This document shows, piece after piece, positions 46,739 to 55,729 of a stretch of DNA of 64,000 nt. A model generated the notes under the pieces. That model was not told the DNA's origin and searched no databases. It saw only the letters and a list, made by a program, of their open reading frames with translations. The translations under genes and the position numbers were made by a program. Where the stretch lies: assembly GCA_041743655.1 (NCBI GenBank), contig JBGTMJ010000018.1, positions 11,225 through 75,224 on the forward strand, written 5' to 3'. Source of the stretch: Candidatus Saccharimonadales bacterium. Lineage in GTDB: Bacteria > Patescibacteriota > Saccharimonadia > Saccharimonadales > UBA4665. The stretch's first letter is position 1. Each line of letters opens with the position of its first letter.

Positions 46739-48792
46739 TGCTTGGCTACCTTTTCATAAAAATCACTGACCTTTTTTATTACATGATCCCAGTGGTAAGC
46801 TTCTGCTGTTTTCTTCGCTTCCCTGGACAGCTGTTTACGGTAATCTGGATCGGCAAACAGCTTATCTAATGCTGTACGCAGGCCCTCCACATCATCATGT
46901 TCCACCATCAGACAGTTCTTACCATCTTTGCAAAAATCTTGATTACCATTGGCGTCGGTACATACTACAGGGGTGCCGGTCGCCATTGCCTCTAATAATG
47001 GCAGGCTGAAACCCTCATGGCGGGAAGTCTGCACAAAGACTGTGGCTTGATTGTACAGTTTGTTTACCTCTTCGTTACTTGGCTTGGAAACATATTTTAT
47101 TTTTTTGTCGCGGCGCGCCAATTCTGGTTCAAAACCAAACAAGGTCATAGCAGGGCGGTTATCTCCCATTGCCTGCCAACCGTTTAGGGTAAATTCAAAA
47201 TTCTTTTGGAAAAATTTGCGGCCCACGCCAAGAAGCATATCGTCTTTACGTTTGATATCCTTAAGGGCTTTGTATATTTTGTTGTCGAACCCGCACGGCA
47301 CAGTGGTCACCTTAAGTCCGAGCTCCTGTATTTCTTTGCTGTTATATTTGGAAGTAGTTATATTCTTAAACTCTTTACGGTAGCAGGATATAACTGCGCT
47401 CTGGGCGATAATATCATTCGGATAAAACCAGGACTCAATTTCCTGAATGAAATACACAGGAATGCCTTTTTTGACCGATGCGAGCCACACTGGGAACGCT
47501 GTTTCCCACCATGTAGCCACCTTTATTGCTTCTTGGTCTTCGAGTGCACTGCTCAAACGCTCGTAACTTTTAAAAGTACGCAACTTAACACGCCCATCTA
47601 GTTTCCACGGTGATGCATGGTGGTCAAGCCCCCATACTTCAATGTTAAACTTGTTCTTTGGCAACCGATTAGCCTGTTCGAAAACGATCTTAATTCCTCC
47701 GCTAAGTCCTAATGTTTGCAAAACGAAGATAACGCGAATCTTGCCGTCCTTATCCCGCACGTTGCGCTTATCAAACCAGTCCCCCCATTTTTCCCAGAAA
47801 TACTCCATTGAGCGTTTTTCTTTAGCCGACATGGTTTTATTTTTTGCGCGTGTGGCGGATTCTACATGGGTAAGTACGGCAGCCGGAAAATAAAGGCTGC
47901 GAAAGCCAGCTTCCCATCCGCGCAGACACCAATCGGCATCTTCGAAAGCAAACGGGAATTTTTCGTCAAACACGCCAACATAATCAAGAAATTCACGCTT
48001 TACATACATGCAGGCTCCAGTCAAGGCAAGACAGTATTGAGGCACGTTGGCTGGACCATAATTTGCATCTTGAAAACGGTAGTAATGATCAAAAAATTCG
48101 GGCACTTCAGTGTTACGGTAGCTGCCAGCACTTTGAATACGACCATCTGGATACAATAATTTTGGGCCGACTATTCCGGTATCAACGCCAAACTCATACG
48201 CACCATATTGTAAACCTTCAATCCAGCCAGGGTGGGCAACAATATCTGAATTTACCAGTACTACGTCCTGATCTTTAGGGGCCGCCAATAAGCCTGCGTT
48301 TACTGCCTTGGCAAAACCGCCATTTTCTTCACGAAACAAAATACGAACCTGTTCGTTTTCAAGCTTTTTTAGTTCTTTACGATGCTCTTTTTGACAATAG
48401 TCATCAACCACGATCACTTTGACAAGATCTGGGGAGCTAGTAGCTGCAATGCTTTCGAGGCAGGGTATTAATACATTTAAATCGTTATAGCTGGGAATAA
48501 CCACTGTCACTGGTTTTGCGTTGTCTATATACCACTCTAAAACCACTTCTTGGTTCACACCACTTACCAGGCCATTAGGGAAATACAAGTTTGCGCCGTG
48601 CTTACGGTCAATTGCCACAACTTCCTGTTTTAACTTAGTAACAAGAGCCTTCGGGCCATATTTAAAAGCATAGCGAGTAGCATAAAACGATACTGTCAGT
48701 AAACCCTTATTCTTATACCTAAGGTGTCCTTTGCTAATTTTCTTTACACCACGTTTCCCAACCCGGTACAAAAGTTTTATCTTCTTCTTCAT
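46735..48792 (-). CDS. bifunctional glycosyltransferase (GT2 domain + GT4/GT-B domain)
   Basis: ATG at 48792 (MKKKIKLLYR...); the track TTG/ATG extension is antisense to the neighbouring gene. VTVVIPSYNDLNVL...VIVVDDYC and a C-terminal ...VQTSRHEGFSLPLLEAMATGTPVV EX7E motif. Confidence 0.8.
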   Translation of the reverse strand: MKKKIKLLYRVGKRGVKKISKGHLRYKNKGLLTVSFYATRYAFKYGPKALVTKLKQEVVAIDRKHGANLYFPNGLVSGVNQEVVLEWYIDNAKPVTVVIPSYNDLNVLIPCLESIAATSSPDLVKVIVVDDYCQKEHRKELKKLENEQVRILFREENGGFAKAVNAGLLAAPKDQDVVLVNSDIVAHPGWIEGLQYGAYEFGVDTGIVGPKLLYPDGRIQSAGSYRNTEVPEFFDHYYRFQDANYGPANVPQYCLALTGACMYVKREFLDYVGVFDEKFPFAFEDADWCLRGWEAGFRSLYFPAAVLTHVESATRAKNKTMSAKEKRSMEYFWEKWGDWFDKRNVRDKDGKIRVIFVLQTLGLSGGIKIVFEQANRLPKNKFNIEVWGLDHHASPWKLDGRVKLRTFKSYERLSSALEDQEAIKVATWWETAFPVWLASVKKGIPVYFIQEIESWFYPNDIIAQSAVISCYRKEFKNITTSKYNSKEIQELGLKVTTVPCGFDNKIYKALKDIKRKDDMLLGVGRKFFQKNFEFTLNGWQAMGDNRPAMTLFGFEPELARRDKKIKYVSKPSNEEVNKLYNQATVFVQTSRHEGFSLPLLEAMATGTPVVCTDANGNQDFCKDGKNCLMVEHDDVEGLRTALDKLFADPDYRKQLSREAKKTAEAYHWDHVIKKVSDFYEKVAKQ

Positions 48793-48811
48793 ATTTACTA
48801 GAATATACCAT

Positions 48812-49927
48812 ATGGCTAAGAAAATCGTTATTGATGCAAGGGAACTGCGCACCAGCACTGGACGTTACATAGAACGCTTATTATATTATCTACAACAGAT
48901 AGACAATGAGCATGATTATATAGTACTGCTCAAACCTCAGGACATAGTGGGCTGGCAGCCAACAAGCAAACATTTTACGAAAATGCTATGTCCCTACAAA
49001 GAATTTACATTTAGCGAACAGTTAGGTTTTTTACAACAGCTTAACAAAATACGTGCCGACCTGGTTCACTTTCCTATGGTTCAGCAACCTATATTATACC
49101 GCGGCAACACTGTAACAACCATGCAAGACCTTACTACGTGCCGATTTCGTAATCCAACCAAAAACTGGCTGGTATTTACTGTTAAGCAGCAGGTATACAA
49201 ATTCGTAAATTGGTACGTGCCACGTAAAAGTACCCGTGTGATAACACCGACTGAATACGTCAAACGCGACATTACGGACTTTGCTGGTGTACGGCCAGAA
49301 AAACTCATTGTAACGCATGAGGCAGCTGACCCTATACCCTACTCCCCTGTTCCCCCTTCCCTGCCAATTTTACAAAAAACTAACTTTATTATGTACGTAG
49401 GAAGGCCTTTGCCGCACAAAAATCTTGGGCATCTTATTGAAGCATTCACTATATTGCAAAAAACATACCCTTCCCTTCACCTGGTGTTCGTTGGCAAAAA
49501 AGATACCATGTACGGGCAGATAGAAAACGGTGTACGGGCAATGGGTACAAAAAATGTAGTATTTACTGATTTTGTGAGCGAAGCTGAACTACGTTGGCTC
49601 TACGAGAACTGCGCTGTATATGTTTTTCCTTCCTTAAGTGAAGGTTTTGGATTGCCAGGACTGGAAGCAATGCTGCATAGTGCACCTGTAGCTTCGAGCA
49701 ATGCCACATGCTTGCCAGAGGTATACGGCGAAGCGGCTCAATATTTCAACCCACTCGATATACAAGACATGGCAACCAAGATTGCTGAGGTGCTTGGTGA
49801 TGAAAAACTTCGCACTCAGCTCGTCAAAAAAGGCCATGAACAAGCTAAAAAGTACTCCTGGCATAGAATGGCAGAAGAAACCCTGCTCGTTTATAAAGAG
49901 GCTTTGGGCGAAACAACAGACGCTTGA
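48812..49927 (+). CDS. glycosyltransferase family 4 (GT-B)
   Basis: ATG at 48812 (MAKKIVIDAREL...). C-terminal VFPSLSEGFGLPGLEAMLHSAPVASS motif. The track start at 48731 would add a Phe-rich artefact. Confidence 0.85.
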   Translation: MAKKIVIDARELRTSTGRYIERLLYYLQQIDNEHDYIVLLKPQDIVGWQPTSKHFTKMLCPYKEFTFSEQLGFLQQLNKIRADLVHFPMVQQPILYRGNTVTTMQDLTTCRFRNPTKNWLVFTVKQQVYKFVNWYVPRKSTRVITPTEYVKRDITDFAGVRPEKLIVTHEAADPIPYSPVPPSLPILQKTNFIMYVGRPLPHKNLGHLIEAFTILQKTYPSLHLVFVGKKDTMYGQIENGVRAMGTKNVVFTDFVSEAELRWLYENCAVYVFPSLSEGFGLPGLEAMLHSAPVASSNATCLPEVYGEAAQYFNPLDIQDMATKIAEVLGDEKLRTQLVKKGHEQAKKYSWHRMAEETLLVYKEALGETTDA

Positions 49928-49994
49928 TCGACGTAAGTAAAACTACCTGAGTACATCCCACTTCACATGTATTTAATCACGGAAGCAGAATGTG

Positions 49995-50468
49995 CTACTC
50001 TTCATCGGCCTCATTGTCTTCGGGCAATGTAAGTACAATATGTCGGTCGCGCCCTTCGCCTGCAGATTCGCTGGCCAAGCCATATTCCTGCGCAAGCTTG
50101 TGAATAGTACGACGATCTGCTGCATTCATAGGGTTCAAATCCATCGGTTTACCATTCTCTTTGACTTGTTTCATCCATTCTTCAGCCTGGTTTGCCAGCC
50201 GCTCGGCACGCTGCTTTTTATAATCCGCAACGTCTACGTTGACACGGGTATGCTCAAACCCTTGATTCTTTAATGCGTTACTAACCAAGAATTGTAAGGC
50301 CCGCATGTTTTCGCCACGCTGGCCGATAAGAAAACCATTAAGATGTGTTGACGGCACTTCCAACTCAATAACCTCATCTTCGCTCGTAGCATAGACATCT
50401 GTATTTAACCCAAAGAACGATAAGACGTCCTCGAGGTACTTTTTGGCATAGCGGATTGATTCTTCCAT
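49995..50468 (-). CDS. khpB: Jag/KhpB-type RNA-binding protein (KH + R3H domains)
   Basis: ATG at 50468 with GGAGAAG SD, 1 nt after the yidC stop. ...FLIGQRGENMRALQFLV (KH-like) and ...MNAADRRTIHKLAQEYGL (R3H). Conserved position after yidC. Confidence 0.85.
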   Translation of the reverse strand: MEESIRYAKKYLEDVLSFFGLNTDVYATSEDEVIELEVPSTHLNGFLIGQRGENMRALQFLVSNALKNQGFEHTRVNVDVADYKKQRAERLANQAEEWMKQVKENGKPMDLNPMNAADRRTIHKLAQEYGLASESAGEGRDRHIVLTLPEDNEADEE

Positions 50469-50469
50469 T

Positions 50470-51396
50470 TTATCTTCTCCTTCGCTTCTTGCGCCTGTTA
50501 GTTTTTTGGGATGTTGATTTTGGTTCCTTGACAACTTCAGCTTCGATTGCGTTCTTTTCCCGTGCTATCGCTTTGGTAGCAGCACTATCCATCTCGGTAG
50601 TATCTTCGCGCAAAACAATGCCCTGCTGGATAATTGCCACTAGTCCACTCACTAGCCAGTACAGACTCAGTGCGGCTGCCAAATTGATGGTAAAGATCAG
50701 TACCATGACTGGCAATATATACCGGATATTTCGGGACATAGCCGAGTTAAGCTCGCCCTGGTCGGCCTGTTTGCCTTCCTTAGCATCCTTTAATATTGCT
50801 TTCAAGCCGCGGGCACTAGCGTCGTCCGGCGCAAGCTGCTTGCTTTGGTAGTACTGTGTAATTGCGCTGGCAACAACAATGGCCAGCGCTGGCCAGTATA
50901 CACCGCTCTGGCTTACGGCACTTTTAGTAATGTCTATAACGCCAAAAAGCGTGGTGTCGAACAATTGTATATTGCCGGCAAGCTGTTTCAGCCAACTTAA
51001 ATCCTGTAAGAATGGATAGGCGAACGAAACAATTTCTTCAGGCTTATTAAGCACTCGTTGAAGACCAATATACAAACCCAAGAGTATTGGTATCTGTAGA
51101 AGCATTATGCCTATCTGGCCAAACGGATTGATACCCCGCTCTTTGTACAGTTCGAGCATCATCACTTGTTCTTTGCGCTTATCACCTGCAGCAGCCTTCT
51201 TGACACGTTTAAGTTCCGGCTGTATCTTGCGCATCTTCTTAACCTGGTGCATCTGCTTCTTGATAAGCGGCCACATGAGCAAGCGTATAACGATGGTGAA
51301 TAGAATAATTGCCAGGCCAAAGTTATGCCCAGGTATTAACGCATATATGAGCACAAGCAAGTTGAATAGCGGTTGTACAATAAATGTATTAAACAT
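50470..51396 (-). CDS. yidC: membrane protein insertase YidC (short, Gram-positive type)
   Basis: ...GLAIILFTIVIRLLMWPLIKKQ... and ...MPIWPNG-frame equivalents (PILLGLYIGL, LYWLVSGLVAIIQQ). Basic C-terminal tail KKRRRR. Confidence 0.9.
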   Translation of the reverse strand: MFNTFIVQPLFNLLVLIYALIPGHNFGLAIILFTIVIRLLMWPLIKKQMHQVKKMRKIQPELKRVKKAAAGDKRKEQVMMLELYKERGINPFGQIGIMLLQIPILLGLYIGLQRVLNKPEEIVSFAYPFLQDLSWLKQLAGNIQLFDTTLFGVIDITKSAVSQSGVYWPALAIVVASAITQYYQSKQLAPDDASARGLKAILKDAKEGKQADQGELNSAMSRNIRYILPVMVLIFTINLAAALSLYWLVSGLVAIIQQGIVLREDTTEMDSAATKAIAREKNAIEAEVVKEPKSTSQKTNRRKKRRRR

Positions 51397-51405
51397 TGCT
51401 GGTGT

Positions 51406-51804
51406 CTATTTCTCCTTTGGTACTACTATATCATGATTATCTGCTGCTACGTCCCGCATTCCAATAGCCCCCGCCTTCTGCAACTCATCAGTAATTGTAT
51501 GGTGAAGTTGGTTTGCTGGCATAGTAGCAAGCTGTTCATTGTACACAACAAATACTAAGTCGAAGGCTTTATGCATACGTGTTTCTTCCGACCTCACTAC
51601 TTCATATATGCGTCGTCTAATACGGTTACGTACAACTGCAGACTTATGGACTTTACGGCTTACCACAACTGCTGCACGATACGTTTCGCGGCGAGTATTA
51701 AGTATATATTTAAGCGAGCATTGTGTCCCTCTGATAGTTTTACCTTTTTGGTACACAAAACGTAGGCTGCCATAGCCCTGGAACCGGTGTGTTTTGTCAA
51801 TCAT
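51406..51804 (-). CDS. rnpA: ribonuclease P protein component
   Basis: VVSRKVHKSAVVRNRIRRRIYEVVR is the RnpA signature. Position between rpmH and yidC. Confidence 0.85.
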   Translation of the reverse strand: MIDKTHRFQGYGSLRFVYQKGKTIRGTQCSLKYILNTRRETYRAAVVVSRKVHKSAVVRNRIRRRIYEVVRSEETRMHKAFDLVFVVYNEQLATMPANQLHHTITDELQKAGAIGMRDVAADNHDIVVPKEK

Positions 51805-51859
51805 AGGTGTTTTTCGGCAACCTCGCTGTTACTACGTCACCGAAGACAGTCCGCAAGTC

Positions 51860-51997
51860 TTACTGTGAAAGGCGTGTTCGGCCTTTAAGCCGACGGCGAT
51901 GCAACACCAGACGACCAGCATGACTGGCCATGCGCTTCATAAAGCCGTGCACTTTTGCGCGGTGACGCTTTTTTGGTTGGTGCGTTCGTTTTGGCAT
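51860..51997 (-). CDS. rpmH: 50S ribosomal protein L34
   Basis: Not in the track (45 aa). Hand translation: [45 protein letters not shown], a canonical L34. Confidence 0.92.
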   Translation of the reverse strand: MPKRTHQPKKRHRAKVHGFMKRMASHAGRLVLHRRRLKGRTRLSQ

Positions 51998-52128
51998 ATT
52001 TCTTCTACTCTACCTTACTGGTTAGCAATAGACAAATCAAGCTGATCGTCTATTAAGGATATCTTGTTTCCTAAGCTGATTATTATGCTGGTGAAAATAA
52101 CAATGTTTAACCCCTTTAGTATAGCAAG

Positions 52129-52252
52129 TTATCCACGACCAGCCAAGCATTTTCCACAGTTTATCAGATGAGGCTATTGCCTGTGTATAATCTTTCTCTA
52201 TCGGGTCGTGTTTTTGAAATTCTCCTTTTAATATTGTTTCTGGTGTGGAAAA
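52129..52252. other. DnaA-box cluster upstream of dnaA (oriC part 1 / dnaA autoregulatory region)
   Basis: TTATCCACG 52129..52137 (+), TTTTCCACA 52150..52158 (+), TTATACACA as reverse complement 52182..52190, TTTTCCACA as reverse complement 52244..52252. Confidence 0.6.
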
Positions 52253-52319
52253 GTCTCTTGATTTACGGTATATTTGCTTATATCGGGTTCTTATAAAGGT
52301 TGAGGGGAGCTTGGGGCAA

Positions 52320-53690
52320 GTGCAGAATGGTTTGTGGCAAGCGGTTTTGGGGGAGATAGAGTTATCAATCTCTCGTGGCAACTTTATGACGTGGTTCAAG
52401 AACACTGCCCTGCTTAATAACGATGAAGATAGTTTCGTAGTTGGCGTTCCTAATGTATTTATTAAACAGCAGCTAGAACGCAAATATAGTGAACTCATAC
52501 TTGAAACCTTAAAAAAGAATGGTATTTCGCCACACAGAATTGAGTATAAGATACACACAATTCCACTACGCCCGGACGAGTCAAAAAACGACAATCCAGT
52601 TACGCTTACGGGCCCCACACCTACTGAAAGGTTGGCAAGTCGTCCCAGATCCAATGTCCTGACTCATAATTACCGACTGGGATTAAATGAGAAATATACG
52701 TTTGAGAACTTTATTGTTGGTTCGGGTAACGAGCTGGCCTACGCCGCTTGTCAGGCAGTCGCTGCCCATCCAGGTACCAAATACAATCCGTTGTTTTTAT
52801 ACGGAGGCGTAGGAATTGGCAAGACCCACCTTATACAAGCTGTTGGCAATACCGTACTCGCAAACAAGGCCAATGCCCAGGTCGTGTACGTATCAACCGA
52901 ACAGTTTGTTCAGGAGTTCGTTGATGCCTTACGGTTTAAAAAGAATACTGATTTTGCCGACTATTACCGCGGAGCTGATGTGTTAATTGTCGACGATGTT
53001 CAATTTCTGGCCGGTAAAGAAAAAATCCAAGAAGAGTTCTTCCACACATTCAATGCCCTGCACCAAGCAAACAAACAGATAATAATAAGCAGTGATAAAC
53101 CTCCAAGGGAAATACCGACGCTTGAAGAACGCTTACGCTCCCGTTTTGTATGGGGTATGAGTATAGACATGCAGAACCCGGACTTTGAAACGCGGTGCGC
53201 TATCATTCAAACAAAAGCCCATACTCAAGGTATTGAACTTACATCTGACGTGGCTGAATACCTGGCCACCAATATACAGACAAACATTCGTGAGCTAGAG
53301 GGCGCTCTGAACCAATTGTTAGCTTTCTGTGAAATGCGTGGCCTCGACCCTGACATGGGTGTTGCCAGCAGCTTGCTCGGAACCAGCCAAACCAGGCCAA
53401 AACATATCAGCGCCAAACAAATTATTGAAAGGACAGCGAGGCACTTCCAGATTGCTTTCGAGGACATTGTTGGCCCTAAGCGTGATAAAGACATAGTCGT
53501 CCCCCGCCAAATAGCTATGTACATATTGCGCAGCGAATTACATCTAAGCTTTCCCAAAATAGCCCGTGAGTTGGGACGCAAAGACCATACGACCGCTATT
53601 CACTCTGTTGAGAAGATCGAAAAGGAGTCCCGTCTCGATGCTGATTTACGTGAGGCTATCGCTCAAATCAAGGAACGGCTACATGTGTAG
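52320..53690 (+). CDS. dnaA: chromosomal replication initiator protein DnaA
   Basis: AAA+ Walker A LFLYGGVGIGKTHL, Walker B LIVDDVQF, C-terminal DnaA signature ...IAMYILRSELHLSFPKIARELGRKDHTTAIHSV. GTG at 52320 (GAGGGGAG 10 nt upstream) gives the typical (M)QNGLWQAVL start. The track GTG at 52245 lies inside a DnaA box. Confidence 0.95.
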   Translation: MQNGLWQAVLGEIELSISRGNFMTWFKNTALLNNDEDSFVVGVPNVFIKQQLERKYSELILETLKKNGISPHRIEYKIHTIPLRPDESKNDNPVTLTGPTPTERLASRPRSNVLTHNYRLGLNEKYTFENFIVGSGNELAYAACQAVAAHPGTKYNPLFLYGGVGIGKTHLIQAVGNTVLANKANAQVVYVSTEQFVQEFVDALRFKKNTDFADYYRGADVLIVDDVQFLAGKEKIQEEFFHTFNALHQANKQIIISSDKPPREIPTLEERLRSRFVWGMSIDMQNPDFETRCAIIQTKAHTQGIELTSDVAEYLATNIQTNIRELEGALNQLLAFCEMRGLDPDMGVASSLLGTSQTRPKHISAKQIIERTARHFQIAFEDIVGPKRDKDIVVPRQIAMYILRSELHLSFPKIARELGRKDHTTAIHSVEKIEKESRLDADLREAIAQIKERLHV

Positions 53691-53694
53691 AGAT

Positions 53695-53886
53695 TGTGTA
53701 CAACCAGTGCAAGGCGTGCTAAAAAGTATGAGGAGTGAACACATTTTATGCACCGTTCCAGGTATCGGTTCTGGATGGGATGTGAACAACCGGTTCTTTT
53801 CCACGAACCTTACACATTGTTTGTCCTATAGTTTTCCCACTCTATTTTTAATACTTTTTTATCTGTTTAGTGGAACTTTTTCCACG
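53695..53886. other. DnaA-box cluster plus AT-rich tract between dnaA and dnaN (oriC part 2 candidate)
   Basis: TTGTACACA rc 53695..53703, TTGTTCACA rc 53781..53789, TTTTCCACG 53797..53805 and 53878..53886. AT-rich TCTATTTTTAATACTTTTTTATCTGTTTAG at 53841..53870. Confidence 0.5.
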
Positions 53887-53947
53887 GTTTGCACAGCACC
53901 TATAACTAAGACTACTAAATGGTGAATCAATAACTAGGAGTAATAGT

Positions 53948-55039
53948 ATGAAGTTACAAGTCACTCAGGAAAATCTAAACAAAGCACTTGGCACGGTCGG
54001 TCGGGTTGCTAATACTCGGAGTACTTTGCCAGTACTTGCCAATGTACTAATCAAAACAGTCAATAACCGTCTTAGTATATCTGCTACCAACTTAGACATT
54101 GCCATAACCCACTACATAGGGGCTAAAGTATCGGACGATGGAGCTATTACAGTCCCTGCTCGGTTAATGCAAGACTTTGTCAGTAGCTTACCTGCCAGCG
54201 TCATAAACCTGGATCTAGATGAATACAGGCTACATATTGTTACCGACCAATACCAATCAGTCGTTAATGGTGTGTCTGCAGAAGAATTCCCAGTAATGCC
54301 AACAATTGAAAGCGGTAAGACATGGAAAGTATCAGGAACTTTGCTTAAAAAGAGCCTTCAACAAGTAGTTATGGCAGCGTCTGGCGATGAAGCCCGTCCT
54401 GTTCTTACGGGGGTGCTACTTCACACTAATGACGGAAAACTTTATATGGCGGCTACCGATAGTTACCGGCTTGCAGAGAAGCAACTGGGTTCTAATAAAG
54501 AGCAGATTGAATTGCTTGTTCCTGGTTCGGCTATGCAGGACTTACTACGAATTCTTAGTGACTATGATGGTGACGTTGAGATTACGAATGATGAACAGCA
54601 GGTTTTATTCCACGTAGGTGACGTTGAACTCGTAACCAGACTCATTGAGGGTAAATACCCGGATTACCGTAAACTTATGCCACAAGAGTTTGCGGTGACA
54701 GCTAATCTTAAGCGTGCTGACCTGCTTAATGTCACTAAAGTATCAAGTTTGTTTGCCCGCGAGAGTGCCGGCAGTATAACTATTAATATTGACGAGGAAG
54801 AGCAGAAACTCAGTATACGTTCAGTGGCCTCACAACTGGGTGAAAATACCGCTTCTGCTAACGCCAAAGTTACTGGTACCAGTGTAATAACAATTAATTC
54901 ACGGTATTTACTGGATGCCTTACACGCACTCGGTGGAGAAGATGTATTATTTTCCTTTAATGGAAAATTGGAACCTACGGTTATACGTGACCCCGCTGCA
55001 ACAGATTATACCCATATAATCATGCCCCTAAAGTCATAG
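53948..55039 (+). CDS. dnaN: DNA polymerase III beta sliding clamp
   Basis: MKLQVTQENLNKAL...LPVLANVLIKT..., three-domain length (363 aa), AGGAG SD, position after dnaA. Confidence 0.95.
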   Translation: MKLQVTQENLNKALGTVGRVANTRSTLPVLANVLIKTVNNRLSISATNLDIAITHYIGAKVSDDGAITVPARLMQDFVSSLPASVINLDLDEYRLHIVTDQYQSVVNGVSAEEFPVMPTIESGKTWKVSGTLLKKSLQQVVMAASGDEARPVLTGVLLHTNDGKLYMAATDSYRLAEKQLGSNKEQIELLVPGSAMQDLLRILSDYDGDVEITNDEQQVLFHVGDVELVTRLIEGKYPDYRKLMPQEFAVTANLKRADLLNVTKVSSLFARESAGSITINIDEEEQKLSIRSVASQLGENTASANAKVTGTSVITINSRYLLDALHALGGEDVLFSFNGKLEPTVIRDPAATDYTHIIMPLKS

Positions 55040-55097
55040 TCCGTATACCACATAGAATGTTATTGGGTATAAAAATAAAAAGATACTCTGCCAAAAT

Positions 55098-55355
55098 CTA
55101 CTTATAGAGTTGACTATGGTTACCCAAGGCCACAAAAACGGCTATACCATCAACTATTTTGTAATGCGCTCGCCAGTCGCCACCAAAAGCTATAGACCGG
55201 TAGCCTGTCCATTCACTGGTTAGGGGGTGATTGTACAGGTCGGGATGCATCGGCTCATTAACAAAAAGCATAAGTGCTTTTTTAAGGCGTTCCCGTTGAG
55301 CTGGTTTCAGTTTAAGATATTGCTTATCAAAAGATTTGTGACGACGTATTTGCAT
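55098..55355 (-). CDS. type II toxin, RelE/YafQ-family mRNA interferase
   Basis: 85 aa. ...FDKQYLKL...HPLTSEWTGYRSIAFGGDWRAHYKIVDGIAVFVALGNHSQLY matches the YafQ/RelE pattern (HPL-x-G-x-W-x-G-x-R ... D-W-R-x-x-Y ... GTHS-like). Confidence 0.82.
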   Translation of the reverse strand: MQIRRHKSFDKQYLKLKPAQRERLKKALMLFVNEPMHPDLYNHPLTSEWTGYRSIAFGGDWRAHYKIVDGIAVFVALGNHSQLYK

Positions 55356-55357
55356 CG

Positions 55358-55639
55358 TCAGTCATTATTCTCCAAGTCGCCTAAAAAGTCATCTACATTG
55401 CTATAGATTTTTGACACATTCTTACCCGTCTTAATATCGGCATCGGCTTTCTGTATAATCTTTTCAAGATAAGGGGTAGGCTCTAGGCTGGTGCTAAGTA
55501 CCACGCGACGGTCTCGCAAGGCTTGCTTAATAACCATGTTTACGAAAGCGGTACTAGACACACCTAGTTCTGCAGCAAAATTTTTTAATTCCCGCTTAGT
55601 CTGTTCGTCAGTTTTGATACTTAATAATACACTATTCAT
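55358..55639 (-). CDS. type II antitoxin, RelB/DinJ family (ribbon-helix-helix)
   Basis: 93 aa. ...LSIKTDEQTKRELKNFAAELGVSSTAFVNMVIKQALRDRRV resembles the DinJ/RelB N-terminal RHH domain. Its stop lies 2 nt before the toxin start. Confidence 0.8.
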   Translation of the reverse strand: MNSVLLSIKTDEQTKRELKNFAAELGVSSTAFVNMVIKQALRDRRVVLSTSLEPTPYLEKIIQKADADIKTGKNVSKIYSNVDDFLGDLENND

Positions 55640-55646
55640 AATACAT

Positions 55647-55675
55647 ACATTGTATATATAACGTATATATTATGT
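55647..55675. promoter_or_regulatory. imperfect palindrome upstream of the antitoxin gene (candidate TA operator/promoter)
   Basis: ACATTGTATATATA ACG TATATATTATGT, starting 8 nt upstream of the antitoxin ATG (55639). The TATATA elements double as -10 candidates. Confidence 0.35.
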
Positions 55676-55729
55676 CAATATATTTAGCGCTCAAGTGCAA
55701 GAATAACTAATGTATAGGATAATAAGTGG

